The notes under the pieces were generated by a model. It was not told where the DNA came from and did not search any database. It saw only the letters and a list, made by a program, of their open reading frames with translations. Below are positions 19,571 through 28,114 of a stretch of 64,000 bases of DNA, in pieces (position 1 is the first letter of the stretch; every line of letters begins with the position of its first letter). The stretch lies in the IMG/VR virus record IMGVR_UViG_3300028920_000001, positions 186,001 through 250,000 of that record. The stretch is one strand, 5' to 3'. The translations under genes were made by a program, and so were the position numbers.

Positions 19571-19971
19571 TGAGTGTAGTAGGCAAAGCCCGGGATGAGG
19601 TTCTCAAGATCGTGCTCGAGCATGGCTTCACTGAAGAAGCAGTGAGGCAAGTCAAGAGCTTGGGCTATTTCTTCTATCTCAACACCAACGGCCATCACAA
19701 ATTCCTTGATCGCCGATATGCCCGTATTTTCACTAGTCACTTGATGAGAGTGGTAAGCGGGAGTGAACGACGGGCAGAGTTCATGAAGCTAGAGCCTCAC
19801 ATTTACTTGGAGCATTTCTATAATTTGAGCAATCACCCGGAAGTGACCACTAAAAGCTTGCGTGCCTGGTTAGAGGACCAATTTGGAACAGGCAGTCAAT
19901 TTGGCCTGGAAGGGACGTCCCGAGAATTTTCCAGTAAGATCCAGGCTTTACTAGAACAGCCGAAATCGTAG
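19570..19971 (+). CDS. hypothetical protein
   Basis: TAATG coupling to the ligase. Confidence 0.65.
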   Translation: MSVVGKARDEVLKIVLEHGFTEEAVRQVKSLGYFFYLNTNGHHKFLDRRYARIFTSHLMRVVSGSERRAEFMKLEPHIYLEHFYNLSNHPEVTTKSLRAWLEDQFGTGSQFGLEGTSREFSSKIQALLEQPKS

Positions 19972-20013
19972 ATCCCATCCGATCGTGCGTATCTCTGATC
20001 GGAGGTAACGCAT

Positions 20014-20958
20014 ATGACAGAACTGCATAAGATCAATCGCGAGGTAGCAAGCCATCTGCGGATGATCATGCAGCTCTATCAAATGGATGATGCAAAGAAG
20101 CATAAATTTCGCATCAAGACCTTCGGGGAAGCAGCCGAGAAAATCGCCGCCCTGAACAAATCTGTCACTGAAGTGGAGCTGAGTAAGCTCCGCGGGTTCG
20201 GTTCCAGTGTCACCGAGGTCGTCAACGACTACCTCGGAACGGGCACTAGCCAGCGTCTCTGCGAACTAGGGAAGAAATGGCCGGTGGAATGCCTCACCAT
20301 GACGGTAGTTGATGGTATCGGCCCCAAGACTGCCCTAGGGTTGCATCGTGAAGGAATCCACAATTTTGACCAGCTGGTGGAAGCTGCCAAGAAGAATCAG
20401 CTCAAGGAGAGATTTATCAAGAATGTCCTGGCCGCTGCGTCCAAGCAAAATGGTCGGGTGCCCCACGAAACGGCCAAGGCTATCGCAGATTACGTCGTCT
20501 CCAAGATTGATTGTCTGTTCGTTACGGTCTGCGGATCACTACGCCGCAAAACCCGAGATAGCAAAGATATTGATATTATCGCCTGCCCGGATCCGATTGA
20601 CCGCGAGAAGGTCCTAGATGGGTTCTGCTCGGCTGGCGAGGTCATCAATCGAGGAGACCATAAGGCCACCCTACGAGTGACCCGAGATGGCGTCCAGATG
20701 AACGTAGATCTATGGCTTGTCGAATCCTGGCATGTAGGCGCGGCTCTCATCTACGCCACAGGCTCCAAGGAACACTGCGTGGCCCTGAGGTCCCGTGCCA
20801 AGTCCCGGGGATTCACACTGAACGAGTACGGGATCTTCCCGGCCACGTGCGATGTCTACAACGAGCAGAATCAATCGGTAGGCAAGACCGAGGAAGAGGT
20901 TTACAAGTTCCTCGACCTGCCCTGCCTGGTGCCTGAAAACCGAACAGGACGTATCTAA
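20014..20958 (+). CDS. polX: DNA polymerase family X (no PHP domain)
   Basis: HhH GIGPKTA, GSLRR...DIDI, YATGSKEH, LNEYG. Confidence 0.92.
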   Translation: MTELHKINREVASHLRMIMQLYQMDDAKKHKFRIKTFGEAAEKIAALNKSVTEVELSKLRGFGSSVTEVVNDYLGTGTSQRLCELGKKWPVECLTMTVVDGIGPKTALGLHREGIHNFDQLVEAAKKNQLKERFIKNVLAAASKQNGRVPHETAKAIADYVVSKIDCLFVTVCGSLRRKTRDSKDIDIIACPDPIDREKVLDGFCSAGEVINRGDHKATLRVTRDGVQMNVDLWLVESWHVGAALIYATGSKEHCVALRSRAKSRGFTLNEYGIFPATCDVYNEQNQSVGKTEEEVYKFLDLPCLVPENRTGRI

Positions 20959-21221
20959 TGAAAGTAAATCAAGAAACCTGGGACTGGATTCGGGCTGAAG
21001 TGAAGAAACTTCGGCCTGAAAAACCGGCTGCAAGCAATTTACTCCTGATGTGGGTTTGGAATACCGCTACTGCGACGCCACCCGAGCAAGATAAATTGAT
21101 CGAGTCTCTCAACAAAACTCTGGAATTGATTACGACCAAGCACCCGGAAGCGGTTCTTGGTCAGGAACTTCCCCAGCTAGAAAACAAGATCCGAAGTTTC
21201 CTGGAAAGGATCCAAACATGA
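20958..21221 (+). CDS. hypothetical protein
   Basis: coupled ORF. Confidence 0.6.
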   Translation: MKVNQETWDWIRAEVKKLRPEKPAASNLLLMWVWNTATATPPEQDKLIESLNKTLELITTKHPEAVLGQELPQLENKIRSFLERIQT

Positions 21222-21622
21222 AGAGTGCAACCCGAGCCAAGAAACTCATTCTCTCCTACCTGAGAAAGGTAGAGAAACAGCAAGCCGAAAAGGGCGAAGA
21301 TTCCTCCGTCAGCGGCAATTACGATGATGTAGAAACCATGCTCAACGAGCTGGCGGACTACCACATCATGGTCAGCGAAGATGTCGCCGACGACACCAAT
21401 ACCCTGGACTTGCAGGAGGGCCAGGTCTCAGCTTTCGAAGCCGGAATCAAGTTGGGAAAGCAATTGGCATCCAATCCCGTTACGCAATTGTTCTATATCT
21501 CTCTCAGTGGGCCGGATGAAGAAGATATTGACTCTCTTGGTCTGGACTACCACCTGGCATATTTCGTCGCCAAAGATGCGAACGAGGTATACGATCGCGT
21601 AAAGGAATATTTGGAGTCATGA
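21218..21622 (+). CDS. hypothetical protein (paralogue of 21836 and 38363)
   Basis: AGIKLG...SNP...LF...YFVAKD. Confidence 0.65.
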   Translation: MKSATRAKKLILSYLRKVEKQQAEKGEDSSVSGNYDDVETMLNELADYHIMVSEDVADDTNTLDLQEGQVSAFEAGIKLGKQLASNPVTQLFYISLSGPDEEDIDSLGLDYHLAYFVAKDANEVYDRVKEYLES

Positions 21623-21822
21623 AGTTTACTGACCTTCATCCTGGACGTACCACCCTATCCCTGTCGGTGGCAGCGGTACTTGGGGTGTTGGCAAATCTGA
21701 TTGTCCGAACCTGGGTTGATCCTGGTCCGGTGATCCTCACTTTGACTATTGGTTTGCCAGTGGGATTTGCGGTGGGTTGGTGGACAGCCCACTATGTGAA
21801 AAAGAACAAAGGCGACCTATGA
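21619..21822 (+). CDS. small two-TM membrane protein
   Basis: two hydrophobic stretches, basic C-terminus. Confidence 0.65.
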   Translation: MKFTDLHPGRTTLSLSVAAVLGVLANLIVRTWVDPGPVILTLTIGLPVGFAVGWWTAHYVKKNKGDL

Positions 21823-21835
21823 AAGATCACCTAGC

Positions 21836-22198
21836 ATGAGGTATTCCAATCAATATCCAAAGCCAATCTTCGCAATAGGGCTCGAGACCTGGGTTCAATG
21901 CCAGGCTCTGGACAAGCATGCCGGTGAGCTGGATAACTTGGTGCCACGACTTCGTCAACTCTGCGGTTATTACCACGAGATTGGCTTGGACGGCAGAGTT
22001 GACACTGACCACCTACTTCCTCTCCGGGACGAGTGGATCGCGGCCGGAATCCAACTCGGGATTGATGCCAAAACCGCCGGCCTGAGGATTTACCTATTCG
22101 AAATCAATGACTTTCCGAGGAACAAAGTTCATGTCTTTTATCTCCTCGCTAAAGATGTGAAGGACGCTAGGAAAAAGCTTCAGCCGGTTCTTGGCTGA
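21836..22198 (+). CDS. hypothetical protein
   Basis: AGIQLG...YLLAKD. Confidence 0.65.
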   Translation: MRYSNQYPKPIFAIGLETWVQCQALDKHAGELDNLVPRLRQLCGYYHEIGLDGRVDTDHLLPLRDEWIAAGIQLGIDAKTAGLRIYLFEINDFPRNKVHVFYLLAKDVKDARKKLQPVLG

Positions 22199-22203
22199 AA
22201 CCT

Positions 22204-22273
22204 TAAAGCCCGCCTAAAGGTGCGTTGCCTCCAATCAGCGCAGCCGGTCACGGTTTCCTTTAGGCGGGCTTTA
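22204..22273. terminator. 17-bp inverted repeat at the end of the + strand gene block
   Basis: TAAAGCCCGCCTAAAGG ... CCTTTAGGCGGGCTTTA. Confidence 0.55.
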
Positions 22274-22280
22274 GGGTATT

Positions 22281-22434
22281 TCAACATCAACTTTATCATC
22301 AACTTGACGATAAAGTTGATGATAAACTTGACGACTCAATTTTAACAACTTTATTATCAACTTGATAGACCGCCTCTATCAACTTGATAATCAACTTGAA
22401 AACGGGTCAAAGGGCCGACGAGCGTCAAGTTGAT
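22281..22434. repeat. iteron-like array of ATCAACTT(G/T)A, about 9 copies in both orientations
   Basis: copies near 22286, 22298, 22311(rc), 22322, 22344, 22356, 22378, 22390, 22425(rc); followed by an AT-rich tract. Confidence 0.75.
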
Positions 22435-22501
22435 GACGTAGCCTATTGAATATATATTAATTTATTATTCACAAAAAATGTAGGACAGTGTAGGATAAAC
22501 C

Positions 22502-22708
22502 TCATGATTCCATTACCTCACGAATCTCGGCTTCCTTCAAGGGCAAAATCTCCATTAAATGCCGGTTCCTGACGCCGATGGTTTCAACAATGTCAATGGC
22601 TTCTTGATAGGAAAACTGATCAGCATTTTCCAACCTGCCTCCCTGGCCCCAATAAACAAATCCCAAAGCGCCTTTCCAACGGATCACATAATCGAGTCGG
22701 ACTACCAT
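22502..22708 (-). CDS. IMES-tail protein, MKYVI family
   Basis: ends LPLKEAEIREVMES. Confidence 0.75.
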   Translation of the reverse strand: MVVRLDYVIRWKGALGFVYWGQGGRLENADQFSYQEAIDIVETIGVRNRHLMEILPLKEAEIREVMES

Positions 22709-22948
22709 TTAAGATTCCATGATCAACCGGACTTCAAGCTCATCAGTAGAGATAATTCGAGCATAATTTGGCAATCCATAGGAACCACAATTCAAACTAA
22801 ATATTTGTTGGGCCATCTCCCGTTCTTTATAGATCTTAGCCTCAAATCGGGAACCAGACTCTCCGGTCCAATAGAAATGGCCGTAGCGAGGATTCTCCCA
22901 AGTGATTATAAATCCGGATTTCATGAATCCATGATCTTGCCGACCCAT
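22709..22948 (-). CDS. IMES-tail protein, MKYVI family
   Basis: ends ISTDELEVRLIMES. Confidence 0.75.
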   Translation of the reverse strand: MGRQDHGFMKSGFIITWENPRYGHFYWTGESGSRFEAKIYKEREMAQQIFSLNCGSYGLPNYARIISTDELEVRLIMES

Positions 22949-23346
22949 TTGAGATTTCTTTGAGCTCGAGCCTCACGAAGATTTCGATAAATAACTATTG
23001 CCCAAATCAACACGGTGATGGCCAAGCAAGGGCGAATGAAACCGCCATTTGAATAATATGAATAGCCCCAAGCTGCTGTACCACCTAAAGCATTCCATAA
23101 TTGAAGATACAACCAAAACATAGGTCGCTTTGAGAACATCGTTAATAGACGATTTCGAAATAACTTGAGCCGATATCGAAACTTGGCCTCAGAAAAAGTG
23201 ATAACGCGAAGGAAAGAATAACCCTGACTGCAACGTAAGGCTTCAGCCCGGGAGTTATAGACCTTGGCTCCCAAAGGATCTGGAGTAAACCAGCCAGTGT
23301 CTGGACTATAATTATCGCCATTAACGTTGATGACCACCCACTTCAT
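22921..23346 (-). CDS. IMES-tail protein, MKYVI domain plus two TM segments
   Basis: ends KWVGKIMDS. Confidence 0.7.
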   Translation of the reverse strand: MKWVVINVNGDNYSPDTGWFTPDPLGAKVYNSRAEALRCSQGYSFLRVITFSEAKFRYRLKLFRNRLLTMFSKRPMFWLYLQLWNALGGTAAWGYSYYSNGGFIRPCLAITVLIWAIVIYRNLREARAQRNLKWVGKIMDS

Positions 23347-23600
23347 AAATCCATGATCTCCATAACTTTAGCTTCGTTTAAGCTTACTACACGAATATTC
23401 TCAGCAAATTCAGGATACTCGCCTTGGACGATTTGAAGAACGATATCAGCTGCAGCTTTATATGGATAGCAGGTGGCCAATTTCATACTAGTCCATTCGT
23501 GGACCCGGCTCCAATAACTGAAAGTCTCGTCCTCGGGAAACAGGGGTTCGCAATAGATAATATAACCACATTTTTCTGGCCGATTGAGATCTACGGTCAC
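23343..23600 (-). CDS. IMES-tail protein, MKYVI family
   Basis: ends VSLNEAKVMEIMDL. Confidence 0.75.
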   Translation of the reverse strand: MTVDLNRPEKCGYIIYCEPLFPEDETFSYWSRVHEWTSMKLATCYPYKAAADIVLQIVQGEYPEFAENIRVVSLNEAKVMEIMDL

Positions 23601-23839
23601 GACTCCATTACTTCCAGAGCTAGAGCCTCACTGACAGTCATAATCTGCAGCTGATGTTGCAGATATTGCCAAATTTCCCTCTGAACCGCCTCTTCGGCAT
23701 ATTGCTTAGTATAAAATATAGTCGCATATTGAAGCGGATGCCAAATCGGATCGCCGCTAGGAATCTTAGATGCCCAACCCCAAAAACCGTGTCCGGGATT
23801 GCAAATTACATATTTATCGTCGCAAGGTTCGTTATTCAT
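23597..23839 (-). CDS. IMES-tail protein, MKYVI family
   Basis: ends MTVSEALALEVMES. Confidence 0.75.
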   Translation of the reverse strand: MNNEPCDDKYVICNPGHGFWGWASKIPSGDPIWHPLQYATIFYTKQYAEEAVQREIWQYLQHQLQIMTVSEALALEVMES

Positions 23840-24150
23840 GACTGCATCAGATAAATTACATGGGCCTCGTCTAAACTGCAGACCTGCCCATCGAGCCCAT
23901 GACGTTCAATGAAATTGAGAGCGGCCTGTTCAGAATCGAATAAAATTGCCTCTGGAAGCTTAACGTTCCAGCCATTTCCTAAATTATTGCTGCACCAGAA
24001 GAAATACGATCCCTTAAATATTAGATAGATGACAAAAATATATAAGGGAGGGTTTGCTGAACTATATTCTATATAATGGCCGTCTTCATCAACCAACAAA
24101 CGTTGGCCCGGGATTGGGATAGGAGGATTTAAATGAATGGATTTAGTCAT
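23836..24150 (-). CDS. IMES-tail protein, MKYVI family
   Basis: ends CSLDEAHVIYLMQS. Confidence 0.75.
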   Translation of the reverse strand: MTKSIHLNPPIPIPGQRLLVDEDGHYIEYSSANPPLYIFVIYLIFKGSYFFWCSNNLGNGWNVKLPEAILFDSEQAALNFIERHGLDGQVCSLDEAHVIYLMQS

Positions 24151-24373
24151 TCATCACCGCCTTAACCTCAACCAATTAGGCTTCCTCAAGGGAAATGACT
24201 CTAAGAGAAGCCGCAGAATCGATCGAAAGAGATAAAAGTGCGGCCTTGGCTTCAGCGAAAGAAGGAAACTGTTGAGTATGTTCAAAATCGACCCATTCAT
24301 TCTCCTCGAAATCTCGATAAAATCCGTCGGAGAAAATGAAGGCACGCAGCGGGTTATAAATCAGATAGGTCAT
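24143..24373 (-). pseudogene. MKYVI-family gene with in-frame TAA just before its tail
   Basis: reads VISLEEA*LVEVKAVMND*. Confidence 0.6.
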
Positions 24374-24379
24374 GATTTA

Positions 24380-24646
24380 CTATGAGGTCATGATTTCGAT
24401 TATCCGGTCCACTGACCGGGCTTCTCCTAAATTGAGGATAAAAACTAAGCCAGGCGAGGCTTTGGTCCAATTCTTAATCCAGTCTTGATGGCAATCAAAA
24501 CAACGGCCGGAAATGAATCGGTGAGGGTAAAGGGAACTTGAAGGATGATGAGGAATGGGATAAACCCAAACGACGGCCGGAGCGGCACCGCAGATAAAAC
24601 AATCCTCTAAGAGGAAATTGGAAGGACGTTTCCCAAGCTCAGACAT
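24380..24646 (-). CDS. IMES-tail protein, Cys-rich family
   Basis: CFICG...PHRFISGRC; ends DRIIEIMTS. Confidence 0.75.
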   Translation of the reverse strand: MSELGKRPSNFLLEDCFICGAAPAVVWVYPIPHHPSSSLYPHRFISGRCFDCHQDWIKNWTKASPGLVFILNLGEARSVDRIIEIMTS

Positions 24647-24647
24647 T

Positions 24648-24878
24648 TCATAAATCCATAATGTGTTGGACCTGGGCCAATTTCAGGGTTATAACTTTAA
24701 CGTCACCTAATTTATAAGTGTTGACAGTGCATAGGGCATCTGCCCGAGAAGTATAGATAAGGGCTTGGCTCAATTTACCCCACCCAGTTTCGTCAGGCCA
24801 ATTTTTACCGCCCCAATAAAAGAAGGCTCCAGGTCGGGTGACGGAAGAGGCAAGACAGGCTTGAATCACCCATTTCAT
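24648..24878 (-). CDS. IMES-tail protein, MKYVI family
   Basis: ends ITLKLAQVQHIMDL. Confidence 0.75.
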   Translation of the reverse strand: MKWVIQACLASSVTRPGAFFYWGGKNWPDETGWGKLSQALIYTSRADALCTVNTYKLGDVKVITLKLAQVQHIMDL

Positions 24879-25177
24879 GAGCTCATCACCTCAACCAACG
24901 CTAGAGCTTCGACAATATGGAGAAGATTAGATTCAGGAAAAGGTCCAGTCAATTCCTCTTGAATGGCAATTTGATAGGTGCCATCAAAATTGAGCTGGAT
25001 TGAGACACCGGTTGGTGCCATCTTACCCGATGAATTTGTACCCCAAAGACGCAAGGTGCACGGACCTATATTGACCAATTCCACCTTATATTTTCGTAAA
25101 TTAGGATTATGCTCTTCGGCAAACTTAATGGTCCGCTGTAGAAAAGATTCCTCTAATTTGGCCAATCCCCATTTCAT
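24875..25177 (-). CDS. IMES-tail protein
   Basis: ends ALALVEVMSS. Confidence 0.7.
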   Translation of the reverse strand: MKWGLAKLEESFLQRTIKFAEEHNPNLRKYKVELVNIGPCTLRLWGTNSSGKMAPTGVSIQLNFDGTYQIAIQEELTGPFPESNLLHIVEALALVEVMSS

Positions 25178-25407
25178 GAATCCATCACCTCCAACACTTG
25201 GGCGTCTTGAAGGGTTATGACTTGGAGCTTATGGAGTTGATTTCCCTGAATGGTTTTAAGCACCACATTAGAATTCATTTCTGTTTGGGCTAAATCCAAG
25301 GTCTTGTAAGTATAAGCGAAATCCAAAGTCCCCCAAACAGGATAGGGTTCATCACCGCCCCAGAAATAGTCGCCGAAAGGCGGATTGTGGAGGTAAATGA
25401 CGTACAT
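25174..25407 (-). CDS. IMES-tail protein, MKYVI family
   Basis: ends ITLQDAQVLEVMDS. Confidence 0.75.
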   Translation of the reverse strand: MYVIYLHNPPFGDYFWGGDEPYPVWGTLDFAYTYKTLDLAQTEMNSNVVLKTIQGNQLHKLQVITLQDAQVLEVMDS

Positions 25408-25413
25408 AGGATT

Positions 25414-25629
25414 TCAGGATGTCATGATTTCTTGGACCAAAGCTTGATTCAGGGTGATGATGTAGCGGGTATAACAATCAAGATTTGGGGTGGACTCCCG
25501 ACCCTCTTCAGCAGCTTTCCTATCAGAATAAATAGTAGCCCGGTTGAGACGACTCCATTCTTCAGTATCTTGATTCCAATACCACCGGACGGATTGGTCA
25601 CTGGAAAAGGAGAAGATGACGTAGGACAT
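25414..25629 (-). CDS. IMES-tail protein, MKYVI family
   Basis: ends ITLNQALVQEIMTS. Confidence 0.75.
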   Translation of the reverse strand: MSYVIFSFSSDQSVRWYWNQDTEEWSRLNRATIYSDRKAAEEGRESTPNLDCYTRYIITLNQALVQEIMTS

Positions 25630-25915
25630 GCGGTGGTTTATTGACTCAGGTGTGGTTTATGCTGGGACCCTAGAATTTATTGTCTCTTGGACCCTGGAAT
25701 TTCTTGGACTCCGGAATTATCCCTCTTTACCCTTGAGACCCTCAGGTTTTGTTCCTTGTTCCTCGGGACCTTTGGGTTTTTGGCCGGATAATCACCCTCT
25801 CACCGGGATGGGTTCAGAATTAGACAAAGAAAAGACCATAAGGTATTAATTTCCTTTCGAAGAAATTAATTGACTGCATCGATAACTCACGAAACGGCTT
25901 CTTTGCTGAAGAGTT

Positions 25916-26158
25916 CTAGGACCACATAACCTCGAGAATTATCTCCATGGCCATGGAATCCTGGAGGTTATTCAGAACCACCAAGTCTACGCCCATTTCT
26001 TTCCAATTCTCTATCCAGCCTGGATGACATTCCTCACATCTACCTGAAATAAATCTATGTGGGAAGATGCTGAGTCGATGAGGACAATAGGTCCAATAAG
26101 CGGCTGGTTTCCCGCAGATGAAGCACTCACTGAGGTCAGGATAAATTGATGGTCTCAT
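25916..26158 (-). CDS. IMES-tail protein, Cys-rich family (close paralogue of 24380)
   Basis: CFICG...PHRFISGRC; ends EIILEVMWS. Confidence 0.75.
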   Translation of the reverse strand: MRPSIYPDLSECFICGKPAAYWTYCPHRLSIFPHRFISGRCEECHPGWIENWKEMGVDLVVLNNLQDSMAMEIILEVMWS

Positions 26159-26601
26159 TCTTCCATTAGCTCCATGACCACCAAAGAATTCACGAAATTG
26201 CGGAGGTCTCCGTAGTAGTACATCTCGGGCTGAATGACCCGATGAACTCCATTTATCAGCATCCCCCACTGAAATTGGAGATTGTAGAACCGGAAAATTG
26301 GCTCCTGAGTGCAGTGTTTTTCATCTATAAATTTGACGGCTGTTAAGCCCGGAAGGCTCCCGTCTGAAAACGTAGTCAAAGTGGCCACCCGACGTACGCT
26401 CTTGTAAATTTTAAACTCACCTAAGCAAGACGCGGGAATTGGTGTAATTCCTAAAGTAACTACTAAATAGCCATGACGGGCGAACTCCGGTTCAATTTTG
26501 TTCCGGAGTTTCATCTTCAATTTGCGATCTAATCCTGCGACCTTCATCAACCCGGCTCCCAAACCATAAATTTGGTCCATTAACCAAATTTTGTGATACA
26601 C
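26155..26601 (-). CDS. IMES-tail protein
   Basis: ends SLVVMELMEE. Confidence 0.65.
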   Translation of the reverse strand: MYHKIWLMDQIYGLGAGLMKVAGLDRKLKMKLRNKIEPEFARHGYLVVTLGITPIPASCLGEFKIYKSVRRVATLTTFSDGSLPGLTAVKFIDEKHCTQEPIFRFYNLQFQWGMLINGVHRVIQPEMYYYGDLRNFVNSLVVMELMEE

Positions 26602-26647
26602 CTATGCCCTGGGAAGAGTGAACTTCCCAGGGCCAGATGCGTCAGGT

Positions 26648-27124
26648 TCAGTTGGCGCTGAACAGGGCCGCCAACTCCGCCTTGGCGGGGTCCTTGGCGC
26701 ACTCTTCGGCTCGGAAGTGGGCCGCGAGCTGCCGGCCGTATCGGGCCGTGATGGTCCGGGCCTGCTCCAGCTCCTCTCCCTCGAGGGTGCCCTCTTCGGC
26801 AGCCTTCTTGGCGAGCTTGGTGCCCACGACCGCGTGGCTTGACATGAAGCCCTGCCGGTTGCGGGTCTCGGTGGAACCGTTGGACTGCTCGGAAGCCGTC
26901 TGCCGGTCGTACAGGATGCCCAAGCATCGCACGCAGAACTCGTCGTCGGACTCGACCTGTGCGACGATGTCCTTCTTGCTGCGGAAGGGGTACGGCTTGG
27001 GATTCTTGTTGACGCGCTTCTTGCGGGTCTTCTTCGGGGCGGTTGCGGTTTCGGCCTGCACGGGTGCTTCTGCGGCCTCTTCCGCCTGGACTTCGATCGT
27101 CTCTGCGGTGTTGGTGTTGCTCAT
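26648..27124 (-). CDS. conserved phage protein, RQTxxE...GFMSSHA family, paralogue 1
   Basis: LYDRQTASEQ...RQGFMSSHAV...YGRQLAAH; SD GGAG. Confidence 0.8.
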   Translation of the reverse strand: MSNTNTAETIEVQAEEAAEAPVQAETATAPKKTRKKRVNKNPKPYPFRSKKDIVAQVESDDEFCVRCLGILYDRQTASEQSNGSTETRNRQGFMSSHAVVGTKLAKKAAEEGTLEGEELEQARTITARYGRQLAAHFRAEECAKDPAKAELAALFSAN

Positions 27125-27299
27125 TTGGGATTCTCCTGGTTTGTCTGAGCGGAACAAGGTCCGCGTCGCAGTCCAGGGTACGTCGGCCCGCAGCGGATCT
27201 GCGCGGGTCTCTTCCCAATCAATTTTGCAACCTATTACTCAAAAACAAGACGGAAGCCGTATTGATCTGCGCGTACAGCAGCGCACGGAGGTCAAATCA

Positions 27300-27584
27300 A
27301 TGAGTGAGAATCAAGTCAAATCAAGTGAACCCATGGTCGAAGAGGATCTGCTGCACGAGCTGGTGGTGGGTCTGGTCCAGCGACCGGGAGAGGTCGAAAT
27401 CACCAACTTCGCCGGCCCTGAGGGTCACAAGAACCTGGTCATCCACTGCGCCAGTGAAGATCGTGGCCGGATCATCGGCAAGCAAGGTTGCAACATCGCG
27501 GCCCTGCGCGCCTACTTCCGCAGCTACGCCACCTTCGACGGAGGTCGCCGGCTGTACGTCCACCTGGAAAAGCTGGACGACTAA
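27300..27584 (+). CDS. khpA: KH-domain RNA-binding protein (KhpA/UPF0109-like)
   Basis: LVQRPGEV...DRGRIIGKQGCNIAALR (GxxG loop), about 94 aa. Confidence 0.8.
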   Translation: MSENQVKSSEPMVEEDLLHELVVGLVQRPGEVEITNFAGPEGHKNLVIHCASEDRGRIIGKQGCNIAALRAYFRSYATFDGGRRLYVHLEKLDD

Positions 27585-27787
27585 TGAAGTATCAGATACT
27601 CGTCCATGACGGCTGCAACGGCTGGAAGCAGGCAGGCGAAATGGAGATGGACCCTCCCAAGTCCGGGTCAATCAAAATCAACGATCCAGACTACGATCCT
27701 CCGGAGCGAGAGTTTATCGACCGAGGGAACGGAGTCTATGAAGAAGCGGAAGAAGGACTGGAGATGTGGGTCCCTATTGAGCCCTGA
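27584..27787 (+). CDS. hypothetical protein
   Basis: TAATG coupling. Confidence 0.6.
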   Translation: MKYQILVHDGCNGWKQAGEMEMDPPKSGSIKINDPDYDPPEREFIDRGNGVYEEAEEGLEMWVPIEP

Positions 27788-27799
27788 GGAGTCAAGCTA

Positions 27800-28114
27800 A
27801 TGCGCGTTTTTCGAATCCCAATTCGTTTGGTCATCAACGGGATAGCCGAAGTGGCTGTCCCGAACAATGGCACGGCGGAGGACGCTGAAAAGAAGGTTCG
27901 TGACCTGCAGTTCGCAGGCATAATGTCCCCTTCCTGCACCACAGTTATCAACATCAATGACTCTGACATTGAGTTTGTGGGAGCAGCACAGGAAAGAAAA
28001 ATATTGCACTCAGGAGCCGATCTACAATCTTCAATTTCAGTGGGACCCAACGATTTTGGTTTTGCTTCAGCCGACCCGGACATTCCAGACCCGGACCACG
28101 GAGGACCCAGTTGA
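27800..28114 (+). CDS. hypothetical protein
   Basis: GAGGAG SD. Confidence 0.6.
   Translation: MRVFRIPIRLVINGIAEVAVPNNGTAEDAEKKVRDLQFAGIMSPSCTTVININDSDIEFVGAAQERKILHSGADLQSSISVGPNDFGFASADPDIPDPDHGGPS

Noticed and set aside
5655-25200. IMES tail as only a by-product of translational coupling (GAGGTG ATG GAA TCA TGA gives an SD plus an ATGA overlap)
   Set aside because: It fits some junctions and may be a secondary use. But the tail also occurs at convergent ends (44869/44871, 46269/46270, 62305/62308) and before non-coding DNA (22502), uses AGY serine codons and TAA/TAG stops, and extends about 14 residues upstream.
22502-25629. Diversity-generating retroelement behind the paralogue array
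   Set aside because: No reverse transcriptase in the window and no TR/VR pair differing only at adenines; paralogues are diverged throughout.
25660-25720. Three short GGAC(C/T)C.(A/G)GAATT repeats
   Set aside because: Few, short and degenerate; no function can be supported.
26637-27299. 5' part of the 315-aa plus-strand ORF and other long antisense ORFs in GC-rich parts (e.g. 1238-1813, 29986-30456, 37464-38054, 39435-40115)
   Set aside because: Shadow frames opposite well-supported genes; only the KH-domain part from 27300 is credible.
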